From positions 1 to 43,532 of IMG/VR virus record IMGVR_UViG_3300033127_000097: a DNA stretch of 43,532 nucleotides; one strand, given 5' to 3'. Shown here one piece after another: positions 1 through 7,787 of this stretch. The number at the start of each line of letters is the position of its first letter. Position 1 is the stretch's first letter. A program made the position numbers and the translations under genes. This DNA is from a virus. Under the pieces are notes generated by a model. The model saw only the letters and a list, made by a program, of their open reading frames with translations. It did no database searches and was not told the origin of the DNA.

Positions 1-33
1 AGCCCACCGACCTAAGCCGATGAGCAACGCGCT
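1..33. repeat. Terminal direct repeat, identical to 43500-43532 (circular assembly overlap or terminal redundancy)
   Basis: agcccaccgacctaagccgatgagcaacgcgct occurs at both ends of the window. Minus-strand genes and a conserved intergenic element read straight through the junction. Confidence 0.9.
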
Positions 34-160
34 AGTACCTAACCGAGATGAGCCAGAGAAGAGCGTTCGTGACGCGCTTCACCTCGTCGTCGGTGGTCCA
101 CATCGAGACACGGGCCTCGGCTTCGCACTTGATCACATCGCCCTTCGTGATGTCAGTCAT
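32..160 (-). CDS. Small hypothetical protein (42 aa)
   Basis: The ATG at 160 overlaps the stop of the upstream ORF (153-155). Peptide MTDITKGDVIKCEAEARVSMWTTDDEVKRV.... The TAG stop at 32-34 is the first triplet of the conserved intercistronic element. Confidence 0.35.
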   Translation of the reverse strand: MTDITKGDVIKCEAEARVSMWTTDDEVKRVTNALLWLISVRY

Positions 161-572
161 CGAGGCTCCCCTCGCGGACGATGCGCTCCTTAACCTTCCC
201 GCCGTGTTCGAACCTCTGCTTCGAGACCGTGAGGATTTCAACGTCGGGAGATCGCCAGTAGCGCCGGATCGAATAGGCGACCACGGTCCGGGCGAGGCCA
301 TCGAAGTCACGGGTCGTCTTACCGATGACATGGTCGATGTCGCCGTTCGATTCGGCGGCGAGGTCGTCGAGCTTCGGCCAGCGGTGCATCATTCCGGGAA
401 CGCCGAGATCGAGGTAAACCTCCCAGACGCCGAAGTAGCCATCCGGCACGATGTCGGGCTCTGTTGAGTCATTCGAGTAGACGAGCGAGCGGGCCTCCTC
501 GGCAAGGCGAGCATTGTTGTCGTTCAGTGGGGTGACCTTGATTCGGTGCTCTTCAGGCATACCAACGCCCAT
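153..572 (-). CDS. Hypothetical protein (139 aa), first gene of the long leftward operon
   Basis: ATG at 572 preceded by AAGG on the minus strand, with an alternative ATG at 560. No family recognised. Confidence 0.5.
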   Translation of the reverse strand: MGVGMPEEHRIKVTPLNDNNARLAEEARSLVYSNDSTEPDIVPDGYFGVWEVYLDLGVPGMMHRWPKLDDLAAESNGDIDHVIGKTTRDFDGLARTVVAYSIRRYWRSPDVEILTVSKQRFEHGGKVKERIVREGSLDD

Positions 573-624
573 CGATCGCCTTAGCTATCCAACTATGCAT
601 ATGTACCTGTTCCTTATGTCTTAC

Positions 625-661
625 CTATAAGTGGCTAATGCCACTATAGGGGAAATGTCAA
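625..661 (-). promoter_or_regulatory. Candidate leftward promoter -35 (TTGACA) with an adjacent palindromic operator-like site
   Basis: The minus strand reads TTGACA at 661-656. A near-perfect 25-bp palindrome ctataagtggctaatgccactatag (625-649, core AGTGGC-TAAT-GCCACT) lies just downstream. No convincing -10 hexamer was found. Confidence 0.3.
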
Positions 662-894
662 GCTGTCACGTAGTCCAAACGAATCAATTAGCTCGAGTCC
701 CCTAGGTCATATGAATCAATTGGAATAGTGACAATGAACTATCGACAAGGTGTGTGATTTGTGTATATGGAATGTCCAAAGGGGAGGGGGTAGTGCCGAC
801 TAGGGGCCGGCGACATGATGATAGATCGTCAGGCGCAAATTTGCATCGTTCTGTTTTCTTGACGTGAAGATACAACGAAAGGAGCCCCGCCACG

Positions 895-937
895 TGAAAC
901 ACAAAGAGCCCCGCCACCTGTAAAGGCGACGGGGCTC
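895..937 (-). terminator. Rho-independent terminator after the 958..1578 gene
   Basis: The minus-strand RNA has hairpin gagccccgtcgc / gtggcggggctc (937-906) followed by tttgtgttt. It lies 20 nt downstream of the stop at 958. Confidence 0.6.
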
Positions 938-957
938 CTGTTAATTAAGCGTTCGCC

Positions 958-1578
958 TCACTGGCCATAACCAAACTGGCCAGGTGGCTGCTGCTGCTGT
1001 GGCGGCTGTGGCGGCTGCACAGGTGCAGACTGCGCAGGTGGCTGCTGCATCGGCTGCGCAGGCTGCTGAGGTGCAGGCTGTGGATGCATCGGCTGTGCAA
1101 CCGGCTGCGGCGCAGGCTGCGGGTGCATCGGCTGCGCTGGTGCCTGCTGAACTGTCGACGGTGGTGCCTGTGGCGCCCCTGGAGGCGACCACGGACGGTC
1201 TGGCTCATTGTCGTCAGTGACGAATTGCTCGAGCTCAGGTGGCAGATCGCCGACCCACGCAAGTCGCTTGTACTTCTGACCACCACCACCTTCCACGAGG
1301 CTGTCCAGAAGGCGAACTCGCTGCCCGACAAGTGCCGTGCAAACGCCTGCAATGAAGTTCGCTGCCGGACTGTTGACCGAACCGATGTCGATCTTGCCCT
1401 TGTCCTGGTGCTTTCCGTGCTCCGGCGTGTAGTACAGCCAGATGTACTTACCTCGCTCCACCTGAACACCGGTGATAGTGCGAGAGTAGGTGTAGCGGGC
1501 GCCCGCTTCACGAACTCTCGATTCCCATTCTCCATATTCCCCGGCCATTCCAGCCTGAATCTGTTGCAATGTGTACAT
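958..1578 (-). CDS. Hypothetical protein with a repetitive Pro/Gln-rich C-terminal tail (206 aa)
   Basis: ATG at 1578 preceded by a purine-rich RBS (aaggaaaaggaatagga). The C-terminal ~80 aa are PQ-rich with repeated AQPMHPQPAPQ units. No fold recognised for the N-terminal domain. Confidence 0.6.
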   Translation of the reverse strand: MYTLQQIQAGMAGEYGEWESRVREAGARYTYSRTITGVQVERGKYIWLYYTPEHGKHQDKGKIDIGSVNSPAANFIAGVCTALVGQRVRLLDSLVEGGGGQKYKRLAWVGDLPPELEQFVTDDNEPDRPWSPPGAPQAPPSTVQQAPAQPMHPQPAPQPVAQPMHPQPAPQQPAQPMQQPPAQSAPVQPPQPPQQQQPPGQFGYGQ

Positions 1579-1604
1579 TTCCTATTCCTTTTCCTTTTCT
1601 GTTC

Positions 1605-2075
1605 TCATTGTTGAGATAGTCCGAACTGCTGCATGTGCTTTGTGCAGTAGTTCCCAGCAAGCTCGATGAGCTCGCAACCGAAATCGTCGCCGCAATCCTG
1701 ACGGTGCTTCGTGCAGAATCTCGTCGTGCAGTCGCGCACCCGCCTCTTGCCGCAGTCGAGCGAGAGATCTGGTGCGGGCTCAGAAGGTCGAATGGCCGGC
1801 TCGCCCTCGAGTATCCGCTCCACCGTGATTGACATCGCATAGTCGCCCGTCGCACGCCTGTACGGGCTGAGCGCTCCCTCAATGGAGATCCAGTCGCCCT
1901 GTTGGTACCTGGCGAGACTCCTGCCCTCTGCGTCAGTGGCCGATATGGGGATGTTCCCGAACTCCCACTTCGTGTGTGGAGTGAGTGTCTTCACCATCGC
2001 CTGAGTCCACGGATGACCCACGATGGGGTCTCGAAACAGCCTGCCGCATAAGTAGACTTTGGCCTGATATTCCAA
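1605..2075 (-). CDS. OB-fold, SSB-like protein with a Cys-rich C-terminal tail (start shortened to TTG 2075)
   Basis: VYLCGRLFRDP...GDWISIEGAL resembles the SSB OB-fold pattern, and the tail carries 8 Cys. Hand-counted third-position GC is 16/20 at 1861-1920 but only 11/20 at 2101-2340. I therefore start at TTG 2075, which has AAGGA 7 nt upstream, rather than ATG 2441. Confidence 0.45.
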   Translation of the reverse strand: MEYQAKVYLCGRLFRDPIVGHPWTQAMVKTLTPHTKWEFGNIPISATDAEGRSLARYQQGDWISIEGALSPYRRATGDYAMSITVERILEGEPAIRPSEPAPDLSLDCGKRRVRDCTTRFCTKHRQDCGDDFGCELIELAGNYCTKHMQQFGLSQQ

Positions 2076-2101
2076 TAGATTGTCCTTAGCTAATTGTGTA
2101 T

Positions 2102-2139
2102 GAACGCCCGTCGAAAGCTGACCAGCTCGGCGGGCGTTC
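2102..2139. promoter_or_regulatory. Long GC-rich hairpin in a non-coding region
   Basis: The arms gaacgcccg...cgggcgttc are perfect 9-bp repeats, extended by an inner agctg/cagct pairing. On the plus strand it is followed by ttcttgcgtttta. On the minus strand it lies 27 nt upstream of the TTG start at 2075. Confidence 0.5.
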
Positions 2140-2463
2140 TTGCGTTTTAGCGCAAGTCGCCGATCTTTCGCAACTCGTGCTCGCCCGGCGCGCCCCACCG
2201 CTGCTACAACTGACCGCTGCAGGTGGCATTGGCAACCACTCTGCGTGAGCTTGACATGGTGCAGTAGACTGTACCCTTGCAACTTCATCCTTCCCAGATA
2301 TGGGGAGTAACTCTTTTCTGCGCTTTGCTTGGATAGCCCAAAACCCAAAATACGAAATGGGGGTTGGGCGAGCCCGTAAGGGGGCTTCAGAGGGGAGTAA
2401 GTGCTCCAGAGGTGATAAGGGGATGACGTAAAAGTCTCCATGCCGACTGGTCCCTGTTATATC

Positions 2464-2496
2464 TTGACCACCTCTATGCCCATTTTTAAGTAGGAG
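2464..2496 (+). promoter_or_regulatory. Candidate rightward promoter and RBS for the 2500 gene
   Basis: TTGACC (2464-2469), then a 16-17 nt spacer, then TTAAGT/TAAGTA, then AGGAG (2492-2496) and the ATG at 2500. The -10 match is weak. Confidence 0.3.
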
Positions 2497-2499
2497 CAC

Positions 2500-2889
2500 A
2501 TGGACTTCACTGTGATCGATACCGACGACCTGGAACCGCCGAAGCTCGAGACCGAGCCCAAAGAGGAGATCAGGCTTCCGCCACGCCAACGAGACGGATT
2601 GCTCGTTCGGCCAGATCCGGCGTCATCGAGCCTCGAGGAGTGCATCGAGACGATCCGAATCCTCGAAGACGAAATGAACCATTGGGAGAAACCTGATGCC
2701 GGCATCGTTCGCGAGCTGCGCGTGTGGCGCCAGCATCGCCTCGAGCTTGAGGATCGAGTGAGCCACGAGCAGGCTGGCCTGTTCTTCCCGAGCGGAATGA
2801 GTAGGCAGGAGATCATCGACGAGCTGGAGCGGCTCCTCGAAGTGGCGAAGTCACTCCCAGACCAGCTCTACGGGCTGATGTCTTCGTAG
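2500..2889 (+). CDS. Hypothetical acidic protein (129 aa)
   Basis: ATG with an AGGAG RBS. No family recognised. The 3' end overlaps the convergent HNH gene by 22 nt. Confidence 0.6.
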   Translation: MDFTVIDTDDLEPPKLETEPKEEIRLPPRQRDGLLVRPDPASSSLEECIETIRILEDEMNHWEKPDAGIVRELRVWRQHRLELEDRVSHEQAGLFFPSGMSRQEIIDELERLLEVAKSLPDQLYGLMSS

Positions 2890-3530
2890 ACATGTTCCCC
2901 GAGAAGTCGGGGGAGGATCTCGGACTCCCAAACAGAGCGCTTTCGACGCCTAGCGTTCTCGGCACCTGATACTTCTTCAAGGTGGGCAGGATTACAGCAG
3001 ACCCGGTTCCGGCACAGGTGGTCAATCGTGGTCTCGCGGTCGATTGGTGAGACCATCTTGCCGTATACCACTCGATGCACGAGCTTTCCTCGCAGGAGGC
3101 CGTAACCCGCGGTATTCAGCGCTCCCATGTAGAACCAGCAGCCGGTCTTACTGTCCCATTCCACGGATTGGAGAATCTGGAGCAGGATTGGTCTGCCGTC
3201 CTCGATTTCAGTTACTCCGGTACGCCTCACCCGCATGTAGTGCACCTTGCAGTAGCCCTTTGTGTGGGCTGGTTCCATGCAATCCGGTGCCTGACAGAAG
3301 GGCTTGATCTTGTAATCAGGTTCGTTAGGGCCCCTGAGCTTCGGGTTTGGGTTGCCCCGATATTGGGCTTGGTAGTGCCCCCTACACATGCCCTTCACGT
3401 GGGCAGTCCTACGGCATCCGTCAATTTTGCAAGCTATGTACTTCCTCATAAAAAACCACAAGTACCGCGGTGTGTAATTTTTTTCCAGTTGACGGTCGTG
3501 AAAAATCAACGATTTCGATACTGGTGTCAC
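2868..3530 (-). CDS. HNH homing endonuclease
   Basis: C-terminal TIDHLCRNRVCCNPAHLE is an HNH_3-type motif. Two duplicated Cys/His modules are present: CKIDGCRRTAHVKGMCRGHY and CQAPDCMEPAHTKGYCKVHY. The GTG start at 3530 has AAGGGG upstream. It is the only reverse-oriented gene within the plus-strand block. Confidence 0.85.
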   Translation of the reverse strand: MTPVSKSLIFHDRQLEKNYTPRYLWFFMRKYIACKIDGCRRTAHVKGMCRGHYQAQYRGNPNPKLRGPNEPDYKIKPFCQAPDCMEPAHTKGYCKVHYMRVRRTGVTEIEDGRPILLQILQSVEWDSKTGCWFYMGALNTAGYGLLRGKLVHRVVYGKMVSPIDRETTIDHLCRNRVCCNPAHLEEVSGAENARRRKRSVWESEILPRLLGEHVYEDISP

Positions 3531-3579
3531 ACCACCCCTTGCGGATAAGTAGAAGCTCTCTATTTGGAGGAACCATCAC

Positions 3580-4299
3580 ATGAGCACGCAAGGCGGTCTG
3601 GCCGTCAGCAAGACACTGGTCTCGGACAACGAGATCCTTCCTGGTGAGGAAGCGATCTGGGAACTCACCTTCGACAACTCGACCACCGAGCCCATCGAGG
3701 TCATGGTTTTCGACGCCCTCAACGCGTACACGATGGAGTCGTTCGCATGGTCAGCGGTGACCATCGGCCCCGGCAACGTCACTGGCAGCTCCGGCGCAGG
3801 CGTCGACCTCATCGACGAGACCATCACCATCGATCCGTTCACCCGGTACCGCTACACCATCATCGGCACCTCGCTGAGCCCGATGCGCGGCACCATGACC
3901 AACTGCGCGCGCTGGTGCACGGCAGACGACGAGTTCCCGCAGTACATCGCCTCCGAGGCGGTCTACGTCGGAATGCTCGAAGTCGACGCTTGCCTGGACC
4001 ACAACAGCCATGACCTCAACACGGCGCTCTACCAGTTGCTTCCAAAGCGTGGTCGCGCATCGAAGTTGTTTGACTTCATCGAAGCCGGCTATGACCTCGT
4101 CGACGTCCTCGAGCATGTCGCTAAGGACATCATGGGCAATGACTCCAACGCGAAGCCGTTCAACCCGGACTACGCCGGGTTCGCCGAGGCCGCTGCAGCT
4201 CAAGCCGAGCTCGAGGCTGCCGAAGCTGCTGCCGAAGCCGCAATGGAAGCTGCCATCGCTGCAGCTGAAGCTGCCGAAGCTGCGGACGCGGTGAACTAA
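3580..4299 (+). CDS. Hypothetical virion-associated protein with an Ig/DUF11-like N-terminus and an Ala/Glu-rich C-terminal helix
   Basis: A GGAGG RBS precedes the ATG. The N-terminal part reads VSKTLVSDNEILPGEEAIWELTFDNSTTEPIEVMVFDAL, which looks like a beta-sandwich pattern. The C-terminus is AEAAAEAAMEAAIAAAEAAEAA. It is coupled (TAATG) to the fibre gene. Confidence 0.6.
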   Translation: MSTQGGLAVSKTLVSDNEILPGEEAIWELTFDNSTTEPIEVMVFDALNAYTMESFAWSAVTIGPGNVTGSSGAGVDLIDETITIDPFTRYRYTIIGTSLSPMRGTMTNCARWCTADDEFPQYIASEAVYVGMLEVDACLDHNSHDLNTALYQLLPKRGRASKLFDFIEAGYDLVDVLEHVAKDIMGNDSNAKPFNPDYAGFAEAAAAQAELEAAEAAAEAAMEAAIAAAEAAEAADAVN

Positions 4300-7200
4300 T
4301 GAGTCTTGATCCCTCACTTCACCAAGGCGCGATCGACTTCATCAACTGCCTCAACAAGCAGGTTGGTGAGGGATCGACTCTCGCGCAATCCATCGCATAC
4401 CTCCTCGAGAACTCGACGATCGTTCGCGACTGCATCCCAGATGCAGGTGCTGGCGGCATCGATCTCGACGGAGGTCCGTACTCGGTCACGTTTAACACGC
4501 CCAACGAGGGCGACATCGTGCTCACCGACATCACGTCGGGCGAGTCGGCGACCATCGAGATCCTGCCGTTGCTACAGAGCCTCATCGACAACATCGACTT
4601 CACGATCCTTGAGCCAGGCCAGTGCGAAGCGATCTTCCAGTGCATTCTGGACAACGGCACCGAAGCGCAATGGAACCAGCTCATCGACATCTTGTGCGCC
4701 ATCGAGGCTCCACCGGCTCCCGCCGGCATCGTCGGAGCGAGTGGCACGCTCCCCAACGGCGTGGACTACACGCTGTCGGTTGTCGGCCCTGGCTCCTTGA
4801 TTCAGTCGCCGTCCGGCGCGAGTCAGTGGGACCAGAACTCGATTCTCGAGATCCAGTTCTCTGAACCTGTCGACTTCGAGACGGTTACCCCAACAGACCT
4901 TTCCGGGCTGAACCCTGCCGTTCAGCAGTGGCACACGAGCGGAGGCGTGTCTTCGGGCATCACCACCGACTCGGCAGTCGTGCCCACGTACACGCCAGGA
5001 GCCGTCGATATCACCAGCAAGCTCGCGTTGGGCGTTGGGTCGGCGACCGACAACGGCTCGACCGGCGCGACTGGCGTTGCCGCGACCGACGACTGGGGAA
5101 CGCTCCTGTTCTTCGGCGTGACGTCGGTACAGATCCAGGGTGTGAGCACCGAGCTGATGCAGTTCCAGGTGACCATCGACGGAGGCAAAGCTCTTGCAGC
5201 CTGCCTGTTCGACGGTCTCACCGGTCCCGATTGCGTGACGCTGTTCAACTGCATCATCGAGAACGGCAGTCCGGCCCAGTTCACCGAGTTCATCGAGCAG
5301 GTCAACTGGTCACAGATGAGCGAAGAGGTCTGCACGGGCATCTTCCAGTGCATCATCCAAGAAGGCTTCACCACGCAGTTCAACGAGTTCCTCAACAAGA
5401 TGGACTTCTCTGAGCTGTCGACTGAGAACTGCCGAGCGATCTTCCAGTGCATCATCGACCTTCGAGATGAAGCGCTCACCAACGCGTTCTTCCAGACGTT
5501 CAACTTCAACCAGTTGACCAACGCTCAGGTGGTCGACATCCGAGACATGATCGGCCCGTTGTTCACGGTCAACGCTGGAACAACCGCAGATGCCGCCGAC
5601 GACGCGCTTGGTACTGCCGAGGTGACCTTCGGCGACATCGTTCACTTCTGGTCACCCGATGGCACTTTGCTGTTCGGAGTCACCGAAGGTTCGGCGATTG
5701 TCGCGGCAACGCTCAACCCGACTGTGCTGACCGGCATCCAGCACACAACCATCACCAACATCGACCTTCAGCCGACTGTGAACCCCAACGAGTTCACGGT
5801 CGAGATCGAATGGACCGATGGCGACGGCAACGCCCAGACCACGACCGATCCAACGCCAGTTACTTTCGGCTTCACGCTGACCGACAACACGTTGGCCGAC
5901 TACCTGGCCGCAGATCCAGCAGTGGACATCAATGTTCGTCAGACCTCGGCATTGTCGCTTCGTGAGGTCCTCCGGGTCCACGAAGGTGGCGGCAGCAACG
6001 TCGCCCTCGGTGTTAACTCAGGCATCGGGAACACTGGTTCAAACACACTGTTCTCCGGAAGCGCCGCGGGCCAGGGCAACACGGCCAACTCGGTTACGGG
6101 CATCGGCGTCAACGCACTGCGCGACTCGGTCAATTCGCAAGGCGGCTTCGCTCATGGCGTCAACGCCGCCCGCGATGCCAACTTGCTGTCGAACTTCCTG
6201 GCCGTTGGCCAGCGAGCGCTTCGTGGAGCGGGTGGCAACGCAAAGACCGCCCTTGGCGACTCGGCTGGCCAGAACTCGTCTGGAGACCATCAGGTCTTCC
6301 TTGGCGATGCGGCTGGTCAGTTCAACAGTGGCTTCAACGTGTTTGCCGCTGGACGGCAGGCAGCCCGTGGGAACGCCGGCTCCTCGGTGCTCGCACTGGG
6401 AGAGCTGGCAGGCTCCAGCAACGCAGTAAGCGGTGCGGTCATTCTCGGTGCAGCCGAGTTCCCGACCTACGCTGATCATGCCACTGCGTATGCAGCGCTG
6501 CCTGCCCCTTCAGCCAACGGCGTCTACGTCTACCGCATCGTCGGTGACGGCCGGGTTTACTGGCGGAGCACCAGCGTTGCCGACACGGCCAGCGGAGCCG
6601 GAACCGACGATCAGAACGCAACCGAAGTTCCGATCACTGACCCCAGCGACATCTTCACTGCCACCACGGTTGAGGGTGCGCTGGCAGAGCTGTTCAATCT
6701 CGTCAACGGTCTCCCTCCGGAGACCGATTCAGACGTGCAGACGGCTACGGCTCCGTTCACGACAACCAACGGCGTTGCCGTACTCGCTGGCGGCACGTTC
6801 GTTCAGCTCGACAATGGAGAGACTTGGGCCAGCCCGATCCCAACGGCTTCCCTGATCTCCATCGTGGACGCCAACGGCTACCTCGATGCCACCAACGTCG
6901 AGGATGCGCTGGCCGAGCTTGCAGCTCCATGCCCGCCTGTCCCCGGACTCGGTGTGTTGTCTGCGCTGTTCCAAGATTCGGGTGTGCTCCCCAATGGCGT
7001 GACCTACACGGCCACGTTCAGCAACGGAGTGACCTACCGGGCTTCGGACGGCACGATCGACTGGCCAGGCGGCACCGTCACGTTCGACTTCTCGGCTCCG
7101 GTCGACATGATCATTGCCGGTCAGTCGACGGCTCCGTTCACTCGGATCTCGCTTGGCAGCGCTGAGGTCATCTCGACCAACGGCGACCCGATGACGTACT

Positions 7201-7787
7201 ACCCCGGTGGCGTCGACGCTGGACTCGTTGGCAGCGGCACTCAGCAGCTGACCGATGGAACCAGCGTTTCGGCTGCGTCCGATTGGGGAACGATCTACAT
7301 TCCGAACACCACTCAGGTGACCTACTTGGCGGCGAACAACGAAGAGGCACGTTTCTTTGCCTCCCCGTTGTCGGTCCCTGTGGCACCTGAAGCGTCGGCG
7401 TGCGATCAGATTCAGGCAATGGCTATCGGCCTTCAGGAGCGCATCGGTCTCAACGAGGCTGTCGTCGCGACGGTTCAGCCGAAGTACCGCCTGATCCCTT
7501 CCACGACGTTCGTGGTTGAGCGGGACGACCTCTCGGTTGTCAACTCAATGATCCAGATCAATGGCACGTCGGTCATGGACCCGATTCCAGTTGGCACCTT
7601 CTTGGGTGCTGACGCGGGCAAGTCCGTGACCTTGCTGAACAACACTGGTGGCCCATTGACGGTCACTGCCGATCCAGGCGTGACGTTGTTCTCCAACGGA
7701 CTTTTGACCTTCGCTCAAGGAGAGTCAATCGAGCTTTGGGCGAACAACAACGACGACACCGTCATCGTGCTCGGAGGCACGTCGTAA
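4299..7787 (+). CDS. Large tail fibre / receptor-binding protein (1162 aa)
   Basis: A degenerate GxxNTxxG-type repeat block (about 5985-6460) resembles those of phage fibres and YadA-like heads. VE(G/D)ALAEL motifs occur twice, and there are internal duplicated modules. The N-terminal ~50 aa are paralogous to the next gene. Confidence 0.7.
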   Translation: MSLDPSLHQGAIDFINCLNKQVGEGSTLAQSIAYLLENSTIVRDCIPDAGAGGIDLDGGPYSVTFNTPNEGDIVLTDITSGESATIEILPLLQSLIDNIDFTILEPGQCEAIFQCILDNGTEAQWNQLIDILCAIEAPPAPAGIVGASGTLPNGVDYTLSVVGPGSLIQSPSGASQWDQNSILEIQFSEPVDFETVTPTDLSGLNPAVQQWHTSGGVSSGITTDSAVVPTYTPGAVDITSKLALGVGSATDNGSTGATGVAATDDWGTLLFFGVTSVQIQGVSTELMQFQVTIDGGKALAACLFDGLTGPDCVTLFNCIIENGSPAQFTEFIEQVNWSQMSEEVCTGIFQCIIQEGFTTQFNEFLNKMDFSELSTENCRAIFQCIIDLRDEALTNAFFQTFNFNQLTNAQVVDIRDMIGPLFTVNAGTTADAADDALGTAEVTFGDIVHFWSPDGTLLFGVTEGSAIVAATLNPTVLTGIQHTTITNIDLQPTVNPNEFTVEIEWTDGDGNAQTTTDPTPVTFGFTLTDNTLADYLAADPAVDINVRQTSALSLREVLRVHEGGGSNVALGVNSGIGNTGSNTLFSGSAAGQGNTANSVTGIGVNALRDSVNSQGGFAHGVNAARDANLLSNFLAVGQRALRGAGGNAKTALGDSAGQNSSGDHQVFLGDAAGQFNSGFNVFAAGRQAARGNAGSSVLALGELAGSSNAVSGAVILGAAEFPTYADHATAYAALPAPSANGVYVYRIVGDGRVYWRSTSVADTASGAGTDDQNATEVPITDPSDIFTATTVEGALAELFNLVNGLPPETDSDVQTATAPFTTTNGVAVLAGGTFVQLDNGETWASPIPTASLISIVDANGYLDATNVEDALAELAAPCPPVPGLGVLSALFQDSGVLPNGVTYTATFSNGVTYRASDGTIDWPGGTVTFDFSAPVDMIIAGQSTAPFTRISLGSAEVISTNGDPMTYYPGGVDAGLVGSGTQQLTDGTSVSAASDWGTIYIPNTTQVTYLAANNEEARFFASPLSVPVAPEASACDQIQAMAIGLQERIGLNEAVVATVQPKYRLIPSTTFVVERDDLSVVNSMIQINGTSVMDPIPVGTFLGADAGKSVTLLNNTGGPLTVTADPGVTLFSNGLLTFAQGESIELWANNNDDTVIVLGGTS

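Noticed and set aside
1-33. The 33-nt terminal repeat as a biological direct terminal repeat or cos site
   Set aside because: It is too short for a podovirus DTR, and its length matches a common assembler k-mer overlap. It lies inside a conserved intergenic element rather than defining one. It is kept only as evidence of circular closure.
941-1614. Alternative-frame ORFs over the PQ-rich gene (945..1535 -, 941..1192 -, 984..1220 +, 1084..1614 +)
   Set aside because: These are Ala-, Arg- or Ser-rich shadow translations of the repetitive GC-rich tail. Only the 958..1578 frame has an RBS, a plausible globular N-terminus and a terminator.
2076-2589. The N-terminal 122 codons of ORF 1605..2441, and ORF 2086..2589 (-)
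   Set aside because: Third-position GC in hand-counted samples is near 50% here, against about 80% in the confirmed coding part. The peptides are low-complexity, and a TTG start with an AAGGA RBS at 2075 fits the OB-fold domain boundary.
3489-3522. TTGACG ... GATACT as the late promoter upstream of 3580
   Set aside because: The spacer is 22 nt, too long for a sigma-70-type promoter, and the element lies inside the HNH coding sequence.
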